NCBI GenBank assembly: GCA_965223345.1
Contig: CBDCWG010000012.1
Span: 672,001 to 736,000, forward strand
Direction: 5' to 3'
From: Nitrospinales bacterium
Lineage (GTDB): Bacteria > Nitrospinota > Nitrospinia > Nitrospinales > VA-1
DNA: 64,000 nt
The notes below the pieces were generated by a model. That model searched no databases and had not been told where the DNA came from. It worked only from the letters and a program-made list of their open reading frames with translations. A program made the translations under genes and the position numbers. Shown here piece after piece: positions 7,266 through 20,053 of the stretch. Position 1 is the stretch's first letter; each line of letters starts with the position of its first letter.

Positions 7266-8630
7266 ATGAACTCCAAAGAAATCCTTTGGCAAAAATGTTT
7301 GAAGGAAATCGAAGAACAGATCCTGCCGGAAAACTACACCACCTGGTTTTCTCCCACCTACCCGTACAACATCGGTGAGGACAGCCTCACCATCGTCGTG
7401 CCCAATCAATTTTATAAAAAATGTCTTGAAGAAAATTACCAGGACCTGATCGAGACCACTCTGGAATCGATCCTGAAAAATAAAATGAGCGTGGACTTTC
7501 TCGTGAACAGCGAGAAACAGGCTCCGGTCGAATCCGAAGAAAAAACTGAAGAATCAAATACTTCAGAGCCTTTGATCACAGCGGATGAAAGCCGGGATCG
7601 CAAGATCCGCTCCTCGTTGAATCCGAATTTCGTGTTTTCCAGTTTTGTGGTCGGCTCCAGCAACCAGTTCGCGCACGCCGCCTCGCTGGCGGTGGCGAAC
7701 CACCCGGCGTTGACCTACAATCCTCTGTTCATCTACGGAGCAGTCGGTCTGGGGAAAACCCATTTGCTGCACGCGATCGGCAACACGATTCTGGAAAACG
7801 ATTCGCAAGCCCGGGTCCGCTACATCTCGGCTGAAAATTTCACGGTCGATCTGATCGAATCTCTGAAGAAGGACGACATGCCGTCTTTCAGGAAACGCTA
7901 TCGGCCTCTGGACGTGCTCCTGGTGGACGACATCCAGTTCATCGCCGGCAAGGACCGGACGCAGGAAGAATTTTTCTACACCTTCAACGCCCTGTACGAA
8001 TCGCACAAACAGGTTGTGATATCCAGCGACAAATATCCGAAGGATATTCACAATATGGAAGAACGATTGCGTTCGCGTTTCGAATCCGGGCTGGTGGCGG
8101 ACATCAATCATCCGGACCTGGAAACGAAGGTGGCGATTCTCTACAAAAAAGCGGATTTTCACAAAAAACCGATTCCCCAGGATGTGGCGATCTTCATCGC
8201 CAGCAACATCAAATCGAATATCCGCGAACTGGAGGGGCTGCTGCTTCGAATCATCGCCTACTCCACGTTCACGCACCGCGAGATCAATCTGGAACTCGCC
8301 AAAGAGGTGCTCAAGGAATTCACCTACAATAAGACGAAAAACTTCACCATTCCCACCATCATCAAAACCGTCTCCACCCACTTCAACGTGAAGGTCCCGG
8401 ATCTCAAATCGAGGAAGCGGTCCCGAGACATTTCCGTGCCCCGTCAAATCGCCATGTATCTGTGCCGGGAATACACCAAGGCGTCCCTGCCTGAAATCGG
8501 CAAGCACTTTGGTGGAAAAGACCACACCACGGTCCTGTTCTCCCACAAAAAGATCACCAAAATGGTCAGTGAAAACAATGACATGTCAAAGGCTGTCCAG
8601 GAAGTGGTCCAGAAAATAGAAAGTGAGTAA
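7266..8630 (+). CDS. dnaA: Chromosomal replication initiator DnaA
   Basis: YNPLFIYGAVGLGKTHLL, LLVDDIQF, RELEG, RQIAMYL and GGKDHTTV motifs. Confidence 0.99.
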   Translation: MNSKEILWQKCLKEIEEQILPENYTTWFSPTYPYNIGEDSLTIVVPNQFYKKCLEENYQDLIETTLESILKNKMSVDFLVNSEKQAPVESEEKTEESNTSEPLITADESRDRKIRSSLNPNFVFSSFVVGSSNQFAHAASLAVANHPALTYNPLFIYGAVGLGKTHLLHAIGNTILENDSQARVRYISAENFTVDLIESLKKDDMPSFRKRYRPLDVLLVDDIQFIAGKDRTQEEFFYTFNALYESHKQVVISSDKYPKDIHNMEERLRSRFESGLVADINHPDLETKVAILYKKADFHKKPIPQDVAIFIASNIKSNIRELEGLLLRIIAYSTFTHREINLELAKEVLKEFTYNKTKNFTIPTIIKTVSTHFNVKVPDLKSRKRSRDISVPRQIAMYLCREYTKASLPEIGKHFGGKDHTTVLFSHKKITKMVSENNDMSKAVQEVVQKIESE

Positions 8631-11463
<2,833 letters not shown>

Positions 11464-11501
11464 TTTCACACCATCCTTTTTCTCCTCTTTAGGAAAACGC
11501 A

Positions 11502-13919
11502 ATGCCGGAAATCGTTGAGCCGATCAATATAGACGACGAGATGCAGAGCGCGTATCTCGACTACGCGATGAGCGTGATCATCGGCCGTGCGCTTCCGGAC
11601 GTGCGCGACGGGCTCAAACCGGTGCACCGGCGGGTTCTGTATGCGATGCACGAGGCGGGAAACTTTTTCAACCGCCCGTACAAAAAATCTGCCCGCATCG
11701 TCGGGGATGTGCTCGGTAAATACCACCCGCACGGGGAATCGGCGGTCTACGACACGATCGTGCGTCTGGCTCAGGATTTCTCGCAGCGTTACACGATCGT
11801 GGACGGCCAGGGCAATTTCGGCTCGATCGACGGCGACTCCGCTGCGGCAATGCGCTACACGGAAATCCGCATGGCGGAGGTGGCGCAGGAGCTGTTGCGC
11901 GATCTGGAAAAGGACACGGTCCGCTTCGATGCCAACTACGACGATTCGCTGCAGGAACCGGTGGTGCTGCCCGCAAGCTTTCCGCAGCTATTGGTGAACG
12001 GGGCGTCGGGGATCGCCGTCGGTATGGCCACCAACGTGCCGCCGCACAATCTGGGGGAAATCATCGATGCGGTGATCGAGGTGATCGACAATCCGGATAT
12101 TTCCATCGACGAGTTGCTCACCGTCGTTCCCGGTCCGGACTTTCCCACACGCGGCCTCATCTACGGCACTTCGGGAATTCGCGCCGCCTACCGCACCGGC
12201 CGGGGCATCATCAAGGTGCGCGCGCGGGTGGAAGTGGAGGAGATGGAGAAGCAGGATCGCGAGCGCATCGTGATCCAGGAGCTTCCCTATCAGGTCAACA
12301 AAGCGCGTCTGGTGGAAAAGATCGCAGAGCTGGTGCGCGATAAAAAGCTGGAAGGCATCTCGGATCTGCGCGATGAGTCCGACCGCGAGGGCATCCGCGT
12401 GGTTTTGGAACTCAAAAGAGGCACGGTCGCGCAGGTGGTGCTCAACACCCTGTACAAAAACACCCAGCTGCAGGAAACCTTCGGCGTGATCATGCTGGCG
12501 CTGGTCAACCAGCAGCCCAAGGTGCTCAACCTCAAGGACCTGCTCAAGCACTTCATTCTCTTCAGAAAAGAAGTGGTGACGCGCAGGACTCAGTTCGACC
12601 TGAGAAAAGCCCGCGAGAAGGAGCACATCCTCGAAGGACTGAAAATCGCCATCGACAATATGGACGAAGTGGTCCAGCTGATCCGGGAATCGGAAAACCC
12701 GACGGTGGCGCGCGACGGGTTGATGGAGCGGTTCGGTCTTTCGGAAATCCAGTCCAAAGCCATTCTGGACATGCGGCTGCAGCGGCTGACCGGGCTGGAG
12801 CGGCAAAAGATCCTCGACGACCTGGCGGAAGTGAAAAAAGAAATCGCAAGACTGGAAAACATCCTGGCGCACGAGGAAGTGAAACTGGAGATCATCCGCA
12901 CCGAACTGACGGAGATCAAAGAGAAATACGGCGATGAGCGGCGCACCGAGATCGTAGATTCGGAAGACCACTCCATCGACATCGAAGACATGATCGCCGA
13001 TGAAGACACGGTGGTGGTGTACTCGCGCGGCGGTTACATCAAGCGCCAGGGTCTGGACAACTACCGCTCGCAACGGCGCGGCGGCAAGGGCATCAAGGGG
13101 ATGGACCTTCGGGAAGAGGATGTGGTGGAAAAACTGTTCATCGCTTCGACGCTGAGTTCGCTCCTGGTGTTCACCAGCACCGGCAAGGTGCACTGGCTCA
13201 AGGTCTACCAGATTCCGGAGGTCAGCCGGATCGCCAAGGGAAAATCCGTCGCCAACCTGTTGCATCTGCAGGGCGGGGAGAAAATCACCGGCATCCTTTC
13301 GGTGCGCGAGTTCACAGAAGACAAGTTCGTCATGGTGGTCACGGAAAACGGCGTGGTGAAGAAAACCTCGCTGATGGCGTACAGCAAACCGCGGCAGGGA
13401 GGCATCATCGGCCTGACCCTGGACGATGGCGACCGGGTGATCGGCGCCGAATTGTGCGAGGGCGAGCAGGAACTGCTGCTGGCGACGCACCAGGGATTTT
13501 CCATCCGCTTCAACCAGGGCGATATCCGGCCGATCGGCCGCACCGGGCGCGGGGTTCGCGGAATCCGTCTCAAGGAAGGGGACCGGGTCGTGGGCGCGGA
13601 AGTCGTCGAACCCGGCAACATGCTGCTCACGGTCACCGAAAACGGGTACGGCAAGCGCACCCGCCTGGAAGAATATCCTCTGCAGAACCGGGGCGGATTC
13701 GGTGTGGTCACCATTCGCTGCAATGAAAAAATCGGGCCGGTCACGGGAATCCAGCAGGTGACCGACAACGAAGAGCTCTTGATCATCACCTCCGACGGCA
13801 ACATCGTTCGCATGAAGGTGAACGAGATATCGGTGATCGGCAGAAACACCCAGGGAGTCCGGCTGGTGGGCATGGGGCCGGACAACCGGGTCGTCAGCGT
13901 CGAAAAGCTGGTTGAGTGA
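11502..13919 (+). CDS. gyrA: DNA gyrase subunit A
   Basis: [30 protein letters not shown] and the GyrA box QRRGGKG. Confidence 0.99.
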   Translation: MPEIVEPINIDDEMQSAYLDYAMSVIIGRALPDVRDGLKPVHRRVLYAMHEAGNFFNRPYKKSARIVGDVLGKYHPHGESAVYDTIVRLAQDFSQRYTIVDGQGNFGSIDGDSAAAMRYTEIRMAEVAQELLRDLEKDTVRFDANYDDSLQEPVVLPASFPQLLVNGASGIAVGMATNVPPHNLGEIIDAVIEVIDNPDISIDELLTVVPGPDFPTRGLIYGTSGIRAAYRTGRGIIKVRARVEVEEMEKQDRERIVIQELPYQVNKARLVEKIAELVRDKKLEGISDLRDESDREGIRVVLELKRGTVAQVVLNTLYKNTQLQETFGVIMLALVNQQPKVLNLKDLLKHFILFRKEVVTRRTQFDLRKAREKEHILEGLKIAIDNMDEVVQLIRESENPTVARDGLMERFGLSEIQSKAILDMRLQRLTGLERQKILDDLAEVKKEIARLENILAHEEVKLEIIRTELTEIKEKYGDERRTEIVDSEDHSIDIEDMIADEDTVVVYSRGGYIKRQGLDNYRSQRRGGKGIKGMDLREEDVVEKLFIASTLSSLLVFTSTGKVHWLKVYQIPEVSRIAKGKSVANLLHLQGGEKITGILSVREFTEDKFVMVVTENGVVKKTSLMAYSKPRQGGIIGLTLDDGDRVIGAELCEGEQELLLATHQGFSIRFNQGDIRPIGRTGRGVRGIRLKEGDRVVGAEVVEPGNMLLTVTENGYGKRTRLEEYPLQNRGGFGVVTIRCNEKIGPVTGIQQVTDNEELLIITSDGNIVRMKVNEISVIGRNTQGVRLVGMGPDNRVVSVEKLVE

Positions 13920-14856
13920 TCCGCGGCGATTCATGAACACACCGGGCGGACACAGTGAAGTGCAGCCGATCAGGCCTGCCGGTTTCCCATTCGCTTGTGC
14001 GCGTCTCATCTCCCGCTTTGCCTCCCGTTTGATTTCGCGTTTTCCCTCCTTCCGGAAACTTTCCCTTCCCGGCATCGTTTTATTGTGGTGCTGTTTGTGT
14101 CTCACCGGCTGCGGCCCGGGTTCGGGCGATCCTCTGATTCAAAAGGCCAACGACGCGTGGGTCCAGGGCGCCAACCACCGGGCTGTGGAATTGTTCAAGG
14201 CGGTGCTGAAAAAAAATCCTTCCGGCCCCTCGGCGGAGGAGGCGCTTTTTAGGCTCGGGGAAATCCACCATTTCAGTCTGGGAAACAGCGCGCAGGCGAT
14301 CTTGTATTTTCAGGAAGTGCTGCAGCTCAACCGGCGCGGCGCTTTCAGTCCCGATGCGCAGAAATACATCGCCGAGATCGTCGAGTTCACGTTCAAGGAT
14401 TTCGAGCAGGCCATCATCGAGTATCAGAATCTGATCAACATGTCGCAAAGCTCGGAAGAGCGCAGCCACTACCAGTACCGCATCGCCTCGATTTACTTTA
14501 AGATGCAGAATTTCGACCAGGCGCTGGCGGAATGGGAAGTGCTTTTGAGCGAGTACCCGGGTTCGAAATGGGCGGAAGAGTCCGAATTCAAGGTGGTGGA
14601 GATTTTATACACGCTGCAGCGGTGCTCGGAGGCGCGGTCCTTCTACGATCATTTCATGGAAACCTTTCCCGAAAGCAAATTCAAAGACGAGATGGAATTC
14701 GTGATGGCCAGCTGCCTGGAGGAGGAGGGCAAGCTGAACGAGGCGCTGAAAAAATTCAAGGATCTGGAAGAACATTATATTTATCCTGCGATTTTGAAAA
14801 CCAAAATGGAGGGGCTCGAAAAAAGGATAAAGAAGAAAAAGTCCAGGAGGAAGTAA
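13912..14856 (+). CDS. TPR-repeat lipoprotein (BamD/CpoB-like); true start probably downstream
   Basis: Lipobox CLTGC, then TPR-type helices (EEALFRLGEIH, QYRIASIYF, YPGS); stop overlaps the serS ATG. Confidence 0.8.
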   Translation: MSDPRRFMNTPGGHSEVQPIRPAGFPFACARLISRFASRLISRFPSFRKLSLPGIVLLWCCLCLTGCGPGSGDPLIQKANDAWVQGANHRAVELFKAVLKKNPSGPSAEEALFRLGEIHHFSLGNSAQAILYFQEVLQLNRRGAFSPDAQKYIAEIVEFTFKDFEQAIIEYQNLINMSQSSEERSHYQYRIASIYFKMQNFDQALAEWEVLLSEYPGSKWAEESEFKVVEILYTLQRCSEARSFYDHFMETFPESKFKDEMEFVMASCLEEEGKLNEALKKFKDLEEHYIYPAILKTKMEGLEKRIKKKKSRRK

Positions 14857-16139
14857 TGCTGGATATCAAACAAATCCGCGAAAACCTGGATGAAATCCGA
14901 TCCCACCTCGACCGGCGCGGGCCCGGAACCGCAGCGAATCTGGAACGCCTCATGGAGGTGGAAAAAGCGCGGCGCCAGTGCCTCAACGAAACCGAAACGC
15001 TCAAAAATAAAAAAAAGAAACTCTCCCAGGAAGTGGGGCGGCTGAAGCAAAAAGGGGAGGACGCGGAAGGACCGATGGAGGAAGTCCGGTCTTTGAACGT
15101 GTCGATCAAGGAGCTGGACGACTCGGTCCGCGATCTGGAGGCCTCGATCGAACAGACGCTGCTCGCCATTCCCAACCTGCCCGATGCCTCCATTCCCGAC
15201 GGCGCCGACGAATCCGCAAACCGCGAGGAACGGGTGATCGGGAAGAAACCAGATTTCGATTTTTCTCCCAAGAACCACGTGGCTTTGGGAGAAGCGCTCG
15301 GAGTGCTCGATTTCAAGCGGGCGGCGAAGATTTCCGGGGCGCGGTTCACGGTGTTCAAAGGGGCGGGCGCGCAACTGCTGCGCGGTCTCATCCAGTTCAT
15401 GATGGATGTGCAGACCCGGGAAAACGGCTATCTGGAATTGTATCCGCCGTTTCTGGTGAACGCAGACAGCCTGGTGGGCACGGGGCAGCTGCCGAAGTTT
15501 GCAGAAGATCTGTTCCGCATGCAGGACGACCCGTATTACCTCATCCCCACGGCGGAGGTGCCGGTCACCAACTACCACCGCGAGGAAGTGCTGGCCGGTG
15601 AGGATCTTCCACTCAAATATGCCGCCTACACGCCCTGTTTCCGCAGGGAGGCGGGTTCCTACGGCAAAGACACCCAGGGACTGATCCGGCAGCACCAGTT
15701 CGACAAGGTCGAGCTGGTGAAGTTCGTGGAGCCGCAACATTCCGAGGCGGAGCTGGAATCGTTGGTGGGAGACGCCGAATCCATTTTACAAAAACTGGGG
15801 CTGGCTTACCGGGTGGTGGTGTTGTGCACGGGTGATCTGGGCTTTTCGGCCGCCAAAACCTACGATCTGGAAGTGTGGGTCCCCAGCCAGAATGCGTATC
15901 GGGAGATCTCCTCCTGCAGCAATTTCACCGACTACCAGGCGCGGCGGGCCCGGATCCGCTTCAAGAAAAAAGGCGGCAAGCCCGAGCTGGTGCACACGTT
16001 GAACGGCTCGGGGCTGGCGGCGGGCCGGCTTTTTGTGGCGGTTCTGGAGAATTTTCAACAGGCCGACGGGTCGATCGTCGTCCCCGAGGCGCTGCGGCCC
16101 TATCTGCACGGAAAAGAGCGCCTCGGCCCCGGAGATTGA
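14856..16139 (+). CDS. serS: Serine-tRNA ligase
   Basis: MLDIKQIR start with AGGAGG RBS; YLIPTAEVP, CFRREAGSYG, REISSCSN and HTLNGSGLA motifs. Confidence 0.99.
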   Translation: MLDIKQIRENLDEIRSHLDRRGPGTAANLERLMEVEKARRQCLNETETLKNKKKKLSQEVGRLKQKGEDAEGPMEEVRSLNVSIKELDDSVRDLEASIEQTLLAIPNLPDASIPDGADESANREERVIGKKPDFDFSPKNHVALGEALGVLDFKRAAKISGARFTVFKGAGAQLLRGLIQFMMDVQTRENGYLELYPPFLVNADSLVGTGQLPKFAEDLFRMQDDPYYLIPTAEVPVTNYHREEVLAGEDLPLKYAAYTPCFRREAGSYGKDTQGLIRQHQFDKVELVKFVEPQHSEAELESLVGDAESILQKLGLAYRVVVLCTGDLGFSAAKTYDLEVWVPSQNAYREISSCSNFTDYQARRARIRFKKKGGKPELVHTLNGSGLAAGRLFVAVLENFQQADGSIVVPEALRPYLHGKERLGPGD

Positions 16140-16245
16140 CCGCTCTCGGCCGGGCTTTCCGCCTCCCCCGCATCCCGGTTTTATCGACGCCACACAGCGC
16201 GCTTGACATTTATTATGAAGTGGATAACTATTAGACTACGATTCA

Positions 16246-16331
16246 GGAGGGATGGCCGAGTGGTTTAAGGCGGCGGTCTTGAAAACCGTTGAACGAAAGT
16301 TCCGTGGGTTCGAATCCTACTCCCTCCGCCA
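16246..16331 (+). tRNA. tRNA-Ser (anticodon TGA)
   Basis: GGAGGGA acceptor stem, CGGT-CTTGAAA-ACCG anticodon arm, long variable arm, GTTCGAATC, CCA end. Confidence 0.97.
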
Positions 16332-16420
16332 TTCCCATGCGGAGGGAGCTCCTTTTTTATTGTGAACCCTTTCCAAAGGACAATTTCTCTAAATTGTTCA
16401 GTGGTAATGGCTTACAGTCC

Positions 16421-16512
<92 letters not shown>

Positions 16513-16568
16513 GGTTTTTGCCCCAGGCAGGGTTTTGGGGAGTTTGTCATTTTATGAATGGTGATGCG

Positions 16569-17201
16569 ATGCGATTGAATGCGATGGAGACACGCCGACC
16601 CTTCGGGATGCTCTGCGGTTTTGCGGCGATGGGTTTTTTTCTGCTCGTTTCCGGTTGTACCGGAAATCCGGACCAATCGCCTGTCGAGGCGAAGGTCGAT
16701 ACCGAGGCGAGCGCAAAGTTCGAAGGTTCGCAATCGAAAGGAATGCAGGCCGGCTCGGGGCCGGTGTTTGCGGAAGGTTCGGGCAGCAAGGAAGCGGTTG
16801 CGCATCCGGATCTGGACGCAGCGGAAAAAGTGAGTCGGCTGGTTGTGGTGCCGCAGGTGGTGCAGGGAAAATGGAAAGCCGTCAAGCTCCTCATCAAGGA
16901 CAAAACCGATGAGGAAAACACCACGATGAAAACGGTGCCGCTGGGAGAGAGTTTCACACTGGGAGACTCGGGGCTCAAGGTTTCGGTGGGACCCTTTTTC
17001 CCGAATTTCGTCATGGGGAAAGACACCTACACGTCCATGAACAACAAGCTGATCAACCCGGCAGTGCAACTGATCGTTGAAGAAAAAGGAAAAATCGTAT
17101 ACAAGGGGTGGGCTTTTTCCCGTTATCCCACGATGTACGCATTCGAGCACGACGTGTACGCTTTGGAACTCAAGGACTTCATCCCGACTGAGGTGTCCTG
17201 A
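16569..17201 (+). CDS. Lipoprotein, DUF2155-like
   Basis: Lipobox VSGC; C-terminal [25 protein letters not shown]...FEH motif. Start uncertain. Confidence 0.75.
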   Translation: MRLNAMETRRPFGMLCGFAAMGFFLLVSGCTGNPDQSPVEAKVDTEASAKFEGSQSKGMQAGSGPVFAEGSGSKEAVAHPDLDAAEKVSRLVVVPQVVQGKWKAVKLLIKDKTDEENTTMKTVPLGESFTLGDSGLKVSVGPFFPNFVMGKDTYTSMNNKLINPAVQLIVEEKGKIVYKGWAFSRYPTMYAFEHDVYALELKDFIPTEVS

Positions 17202-17271
17202 ACCCGGTGGGAAAATGCGTCGCCTCATGTTGCGGCGGGTGAGCGAACACGTTAAAAAAATTTGATATCAG

Positions 17272-17345
17272 GCGCCCATAGCTCAGCTGGATAGAGCGAC
17301 GGTTTGCGGAACCGTAGGTCGGAGGTTCGAGTCCTCTTGGGCGTA
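17272..17345 (+). tRNA. tRNA-Arg (anticodon GCG)
   Basis: GCGCCCA/TGGGCGT acceptor stem, AGCTCAGCTGGATAGAGC D-arm, ACGGT-TTGCGGA-ACCGT anticodon arm, GGTTCGAGTCC T-arm; no encoded CCA. Confidence 0.95.
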
Positions 17346-17403
17346 TTTCTTTTTACCCGGAACGGTTTTTGAGAAGCCTTGCAAAGCCGGGATTTTTCGA
17401 CGA

Positions 17404-17490
17404 GGAGAGGTGGCCGAGAGGTCGAAGGCGATTGACTCGAAATCAATTGTTCCCTCACGGGAACCGGGGGTTCGAATCCCTCCCTCTCCG
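17404..17490 (+). tRNA. tRNA-Ser (anticodon CGA)
   Basis: ATTGA-CTCGAAA-TCAAT anticodon arm, long variable arm, GTTCGAATC. Confidence 0.96.
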
Positions 17491-17583
17491 CTCTTCGCCA
17501 GAGGGCTTCATTCCCCGACGGCGGTTTCGATTCGAACGGCAAAGACGAAGGATTGCCATCGGCGGGCGATGGATTTAAAATCT

Positions 17584-17648
17584 GGAGAGGTGACCGGGTC
17601 ATTTCAGGAGCGCTCTTGAAAAGAGTGCGGGTGCAACCCCCTCCTCCA
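17584..17648 (+). pseudogene. Degenerate tRNA-Ser-like element lacking a T-arm
   Basis: Starts GGAGAGGTG like neighbouring tRNA-Ser genes; has an anticodon-like hairpin GCGCTC-TTGAAAA-GAGTGC, a variable-arm-like GGGT-GCA-ACCC and a CCTCCTCCA end, but no GTTCGA T-loop. Confidence 0.6.
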
Positions 17649-17663
17649 CTCAAAATAAAATTT

Positions 17664-17751
17664 GGAGAGGTGGCCGAGCGGCTGAAGGCGCACGCTTGGA
17701 AAGCGTGTGTAGGCTAAACCCCTACCGAGGGTTCGAATCCCTCCCTCTCCG
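17664..17751 (+). tRNA. tRNA-Ser (anticodon GGA)
   Basis: CACGC-TTGGAAA-GCGTG anticodon arm, long variable arm, GTTCGAATC. Confidence 0.96.
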
Positions 17752-17778
17752 TGGAAACTGTAACGGATTGGCAGTTTT

Positions 17779-17871
17779 GTTGGGCCTCACGCAACCTGGC
17801 TTTGTGAACCCCGTCAGGTCCGGAAGGAAGCAGCGGTAGCAAATCACCTGGTGTGCTGTGAGTTCCCCAAC
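17779..17871 (+). ncRNA. ffs: Signal recognition particle RNA (small bacterial 4.5S type)
   Basis: Conserved helix-8 motif GTCAGGTCCGGAAGGAAGCAGC within a long hairpin (GTTGGG...CCCAAC), directly upstream of dnaX. Confidence 0.93.
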
Positions 17872-17929
17872 AATTCTGCCTTAGTAAAACATTCCCACCT
17901 TTTGTTTTCCCGCGTTTCAGGCAGGTCCT

Positions 17930-19576
17930 ATGGAATTCAAGGTCTCAGCGCGAAAATGGCGGCCGCAAAAATTCGGCGAGCTGATCGGACAGGAGCACAT
18001 CGTCCGGACCTTGAAGAACGCGCTGGAGATGGACCGCATTTCCCACGCGTATCTGTTTTCCGGCACCCGCGGCGTGGGAAAAACCACCACGGCCCGCATC
18101 CTGGCGAAGGCCTTGAACTGCACCGCGCCCGAGAAGCACGAACCCTGCGATAACTGTGAAGCCTGTGTCGAGATCCGCGAAGGATCGAGCATCGATGTGC
18201 GCGAGATCGACGGCGCGTCCAACAACGGTGTGGCCGAGGTGCGGGACCTCATCGAAAACGTTCAGTACGCCACCTCTTCGCTGAAGCACAAGGTCTACAT
18301 CATCGACGAAGTGCACATGCTCTCGAAAAGCGCGTTCAACGCTTTGCTGAAGACGCTGGAAGAGCCGCCCGAGCGCGTGGTGTTCATCTTCGCCACCACC
18401 GAGCTGATCAAGATTCCCGAGACCATCCTTTCGCGCTGTCAGTGCTTCGAATTCAAACCGCTGTCGCACAAGCAGATCATTCAGCAACTGGAGCTGATCT
18501 GCAAGCAGGAGGGCATCGGCATCGAGGCGGTGAGTCTGGAAGCGATTTCCAAAAACGGTTCGGGAAGCATGCGCGATGCGCAGAGCCTGCTGGACCAGGT
18601 CATCGCCTTCAGCGGGCAGGAGATCTCCGTGGATTCGGTGGAGGCGGTGCTCGGGATCGTCGGCAAGGAAGCGATGCAGTCGTTTGTGGACCGGGTGATC
18701 GCACAGGACGCCGCGGCGCTCATCGCGCAGATTCAGGAAATTGTCCATTCGGGCAAAGACCTGCATTATTTCTGCCGCGATCTGACGGAATACTTCCGCA
18801 ACCTGATGCTGGTGCGCATCGCGAAGAATCCGGAAACCGTTCTCGACCCGCACACCGTGCAACTCGACGTCCTCAAGAAACAGGCGGAGGCGTTCGATCC
18901 GGATACGCTGCAGCAGATGTTCGCGGTCCTGCACCGGGCGGAGGAAACCATGCGGCGCAGCGCCCAGGCGCGCTGGGTGTTCGAGATGGCGGTGCTGCGT
19001 CTGCTGGACGCGCGGCCGTACCGTAACATCGATGCGTTGATCGATAAGATAGACCGCGCGCAGCCGGACAGTCCCGTGCAAAAGCAAAACCCCGGCAACG
19101 GCAACCGCGCGCCGGAGCCGCTCTCCCAGCCGGTTGCGGGCGCCCCGGCGCCGGTGCAGCGGGAAAGCGGCGGACAGGCCGACGATTCCCAGGGTGTTTC
19201 CTGGGGGCGGCTGCAGGAAGAAATCATCCGCAAAAAAAAGTTTTTCGGGCACTATCTCGAACTGTGCCGCCTGCTTTCGGTGGATGCGGCTTCGCTTTGC
19301 ATCGGGGTGTCCGACCGCATCACGAAAGACATCATGGAGCAGGGGGACAATCTCAAGATCCTCAAGGATGCGGCGCAGACGGTGAGCGGCCGCAAGATGG
19401 AGGTGACCTTGAAATTGATCTCCGGCGACGCTCCCCGGCAGGAAGGATGGCAATCGGATTCCGGCGGGGAAAAAAAAAATTCTTATGAGCCCCGCAATGA
19501 AAACTGGGGCGAGAAATCGGAATCCGAAATCATTCAGGAAGCGATGGATATATTCGGAGGCGTCGTCGTTCGCTGA
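17930..19576 (+). CDS. dnaX: DNA polymerase III subunits gamma/tau
   Basis: ARKWRPQKF, GTRGVGKTT, zinc cysteines, EIDGASN, IIDEVHML and ILSRC motifs. Confidence 0.99.
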   Translation: MEFKVSARKWRPQKFGELIGQEHIVRTLKNALEMDRISHAYLFSGTRGVGKTTTARILAKALNCTAPEKHEPCDNCEACVEIREGSSIDVREIDGASNNGVAEVRDLIENVQYATSSLKHKVYIIDEVHMLSKSAFNALLKTLEEPPERVVFIFATTELIKIPETILSRCQCFEFKPLSHKQIIQQLELICKQEGIGIEAVSLEAISKNGSGSMRDAQSLLDQVIAFSGQEISVDSVEAVLGIVGKEAMQSFVDRVIAQDAAALIAQIQEIVHSGKDLHYFCRDLTEYFRNLMLVRIAKNPETVLDPHTVQLDVLKKQAEAFDPDTLQQMFAVLHRAEETMRRSAQARWVFEMAVLRLLDARPYRNIDALIDKIDRAQPDSPVQKQNPGNGNRAPEPLSQPVAGAPAPVQRESGGQADDSQGVSWGRLQEEIIRKKKFFGHYLELCRLLSVDAASLCIGVSDRITKDIMEQGDNLKILKDAAQTVSGRKMEVTLKLISGDAPRQEGWQSDSGGEKKNSYEPRNENWGEKSESEIIQEAMDIFGGVVVR

Positions 19577-19615
19577 TTGACAGAGCGAACCCCAAGGCCG
19601 CCGGGATTGGAAGCG

Positions 19616-19939
19616 ATGGATACGAACTGGATGTCCCTGTTCAAACAGGCGAAGGAACTGCAATCGAAGATTGCGGATATTCAGGAACAACTGGCGGGAA
19701 AAACCGTGGAGGTGTCCACCGGCGGCGGCATGGTACAGATCAAGGCCAACGGGCTCAACCAGATCCTTTCCATCCGCATCGATGAGGAACTCATCAATAT
19801 GCAGGATCGGGAAGTGCTCGAAGATCTGATCGTGGCCGCCACCAATGAGGTGCAGAAAAAAGTCAAGGAACTGGCGCAAGAGGAAACGTCCCGGCTCACC
19901 GGCGGTTTGAAAATTCCGGGGCTGTTTCCGGGCACGTGA
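19616..19939 (+). CDS. ybaB: YbaB/EbfC family nucleoid-associated protein
   Basis: GGGMVQIKANG and EVLEDLIVAATN; conserved dnaX-ybaB-recR order. Confidence 0.95.
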   Translation: MDTNWMSLFKQAKELQSKIADIQEQLAGKTVEVSTGGGMVQIKANGLNQILSIRIDEELINMQDREVLEDLIVAATNEVQKKVKELAQEETSRLTGGLKIPGLFPGT

Positions 19940-20053
19940 TTCAAGCAGGCGCGTGACTTGAAAAATCCGTATCGGGCGTTCTCGTCTCGATTCTTTGTGC
20001 GAAGGGAATTCTTTAGCCGGCGGGACTCCATCGTGTCCTCAAACTGAGTTTTT

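Noticed and set aside
14532..14855. Apparent 108-aa N-terminal extension of SerS (similar extensions on RodZ, FliK, the ABC exporter and paralog B1)
   Set aside because: ORF-caller artefacts; canonical downstream ATG starts exist, with clear RBS for serS and B1.
17945..19879. 644-aa minus-strand ORF
   Set aside because: Antisense shadow of dnaX-ybaB; no independent start signals or domain motifs.
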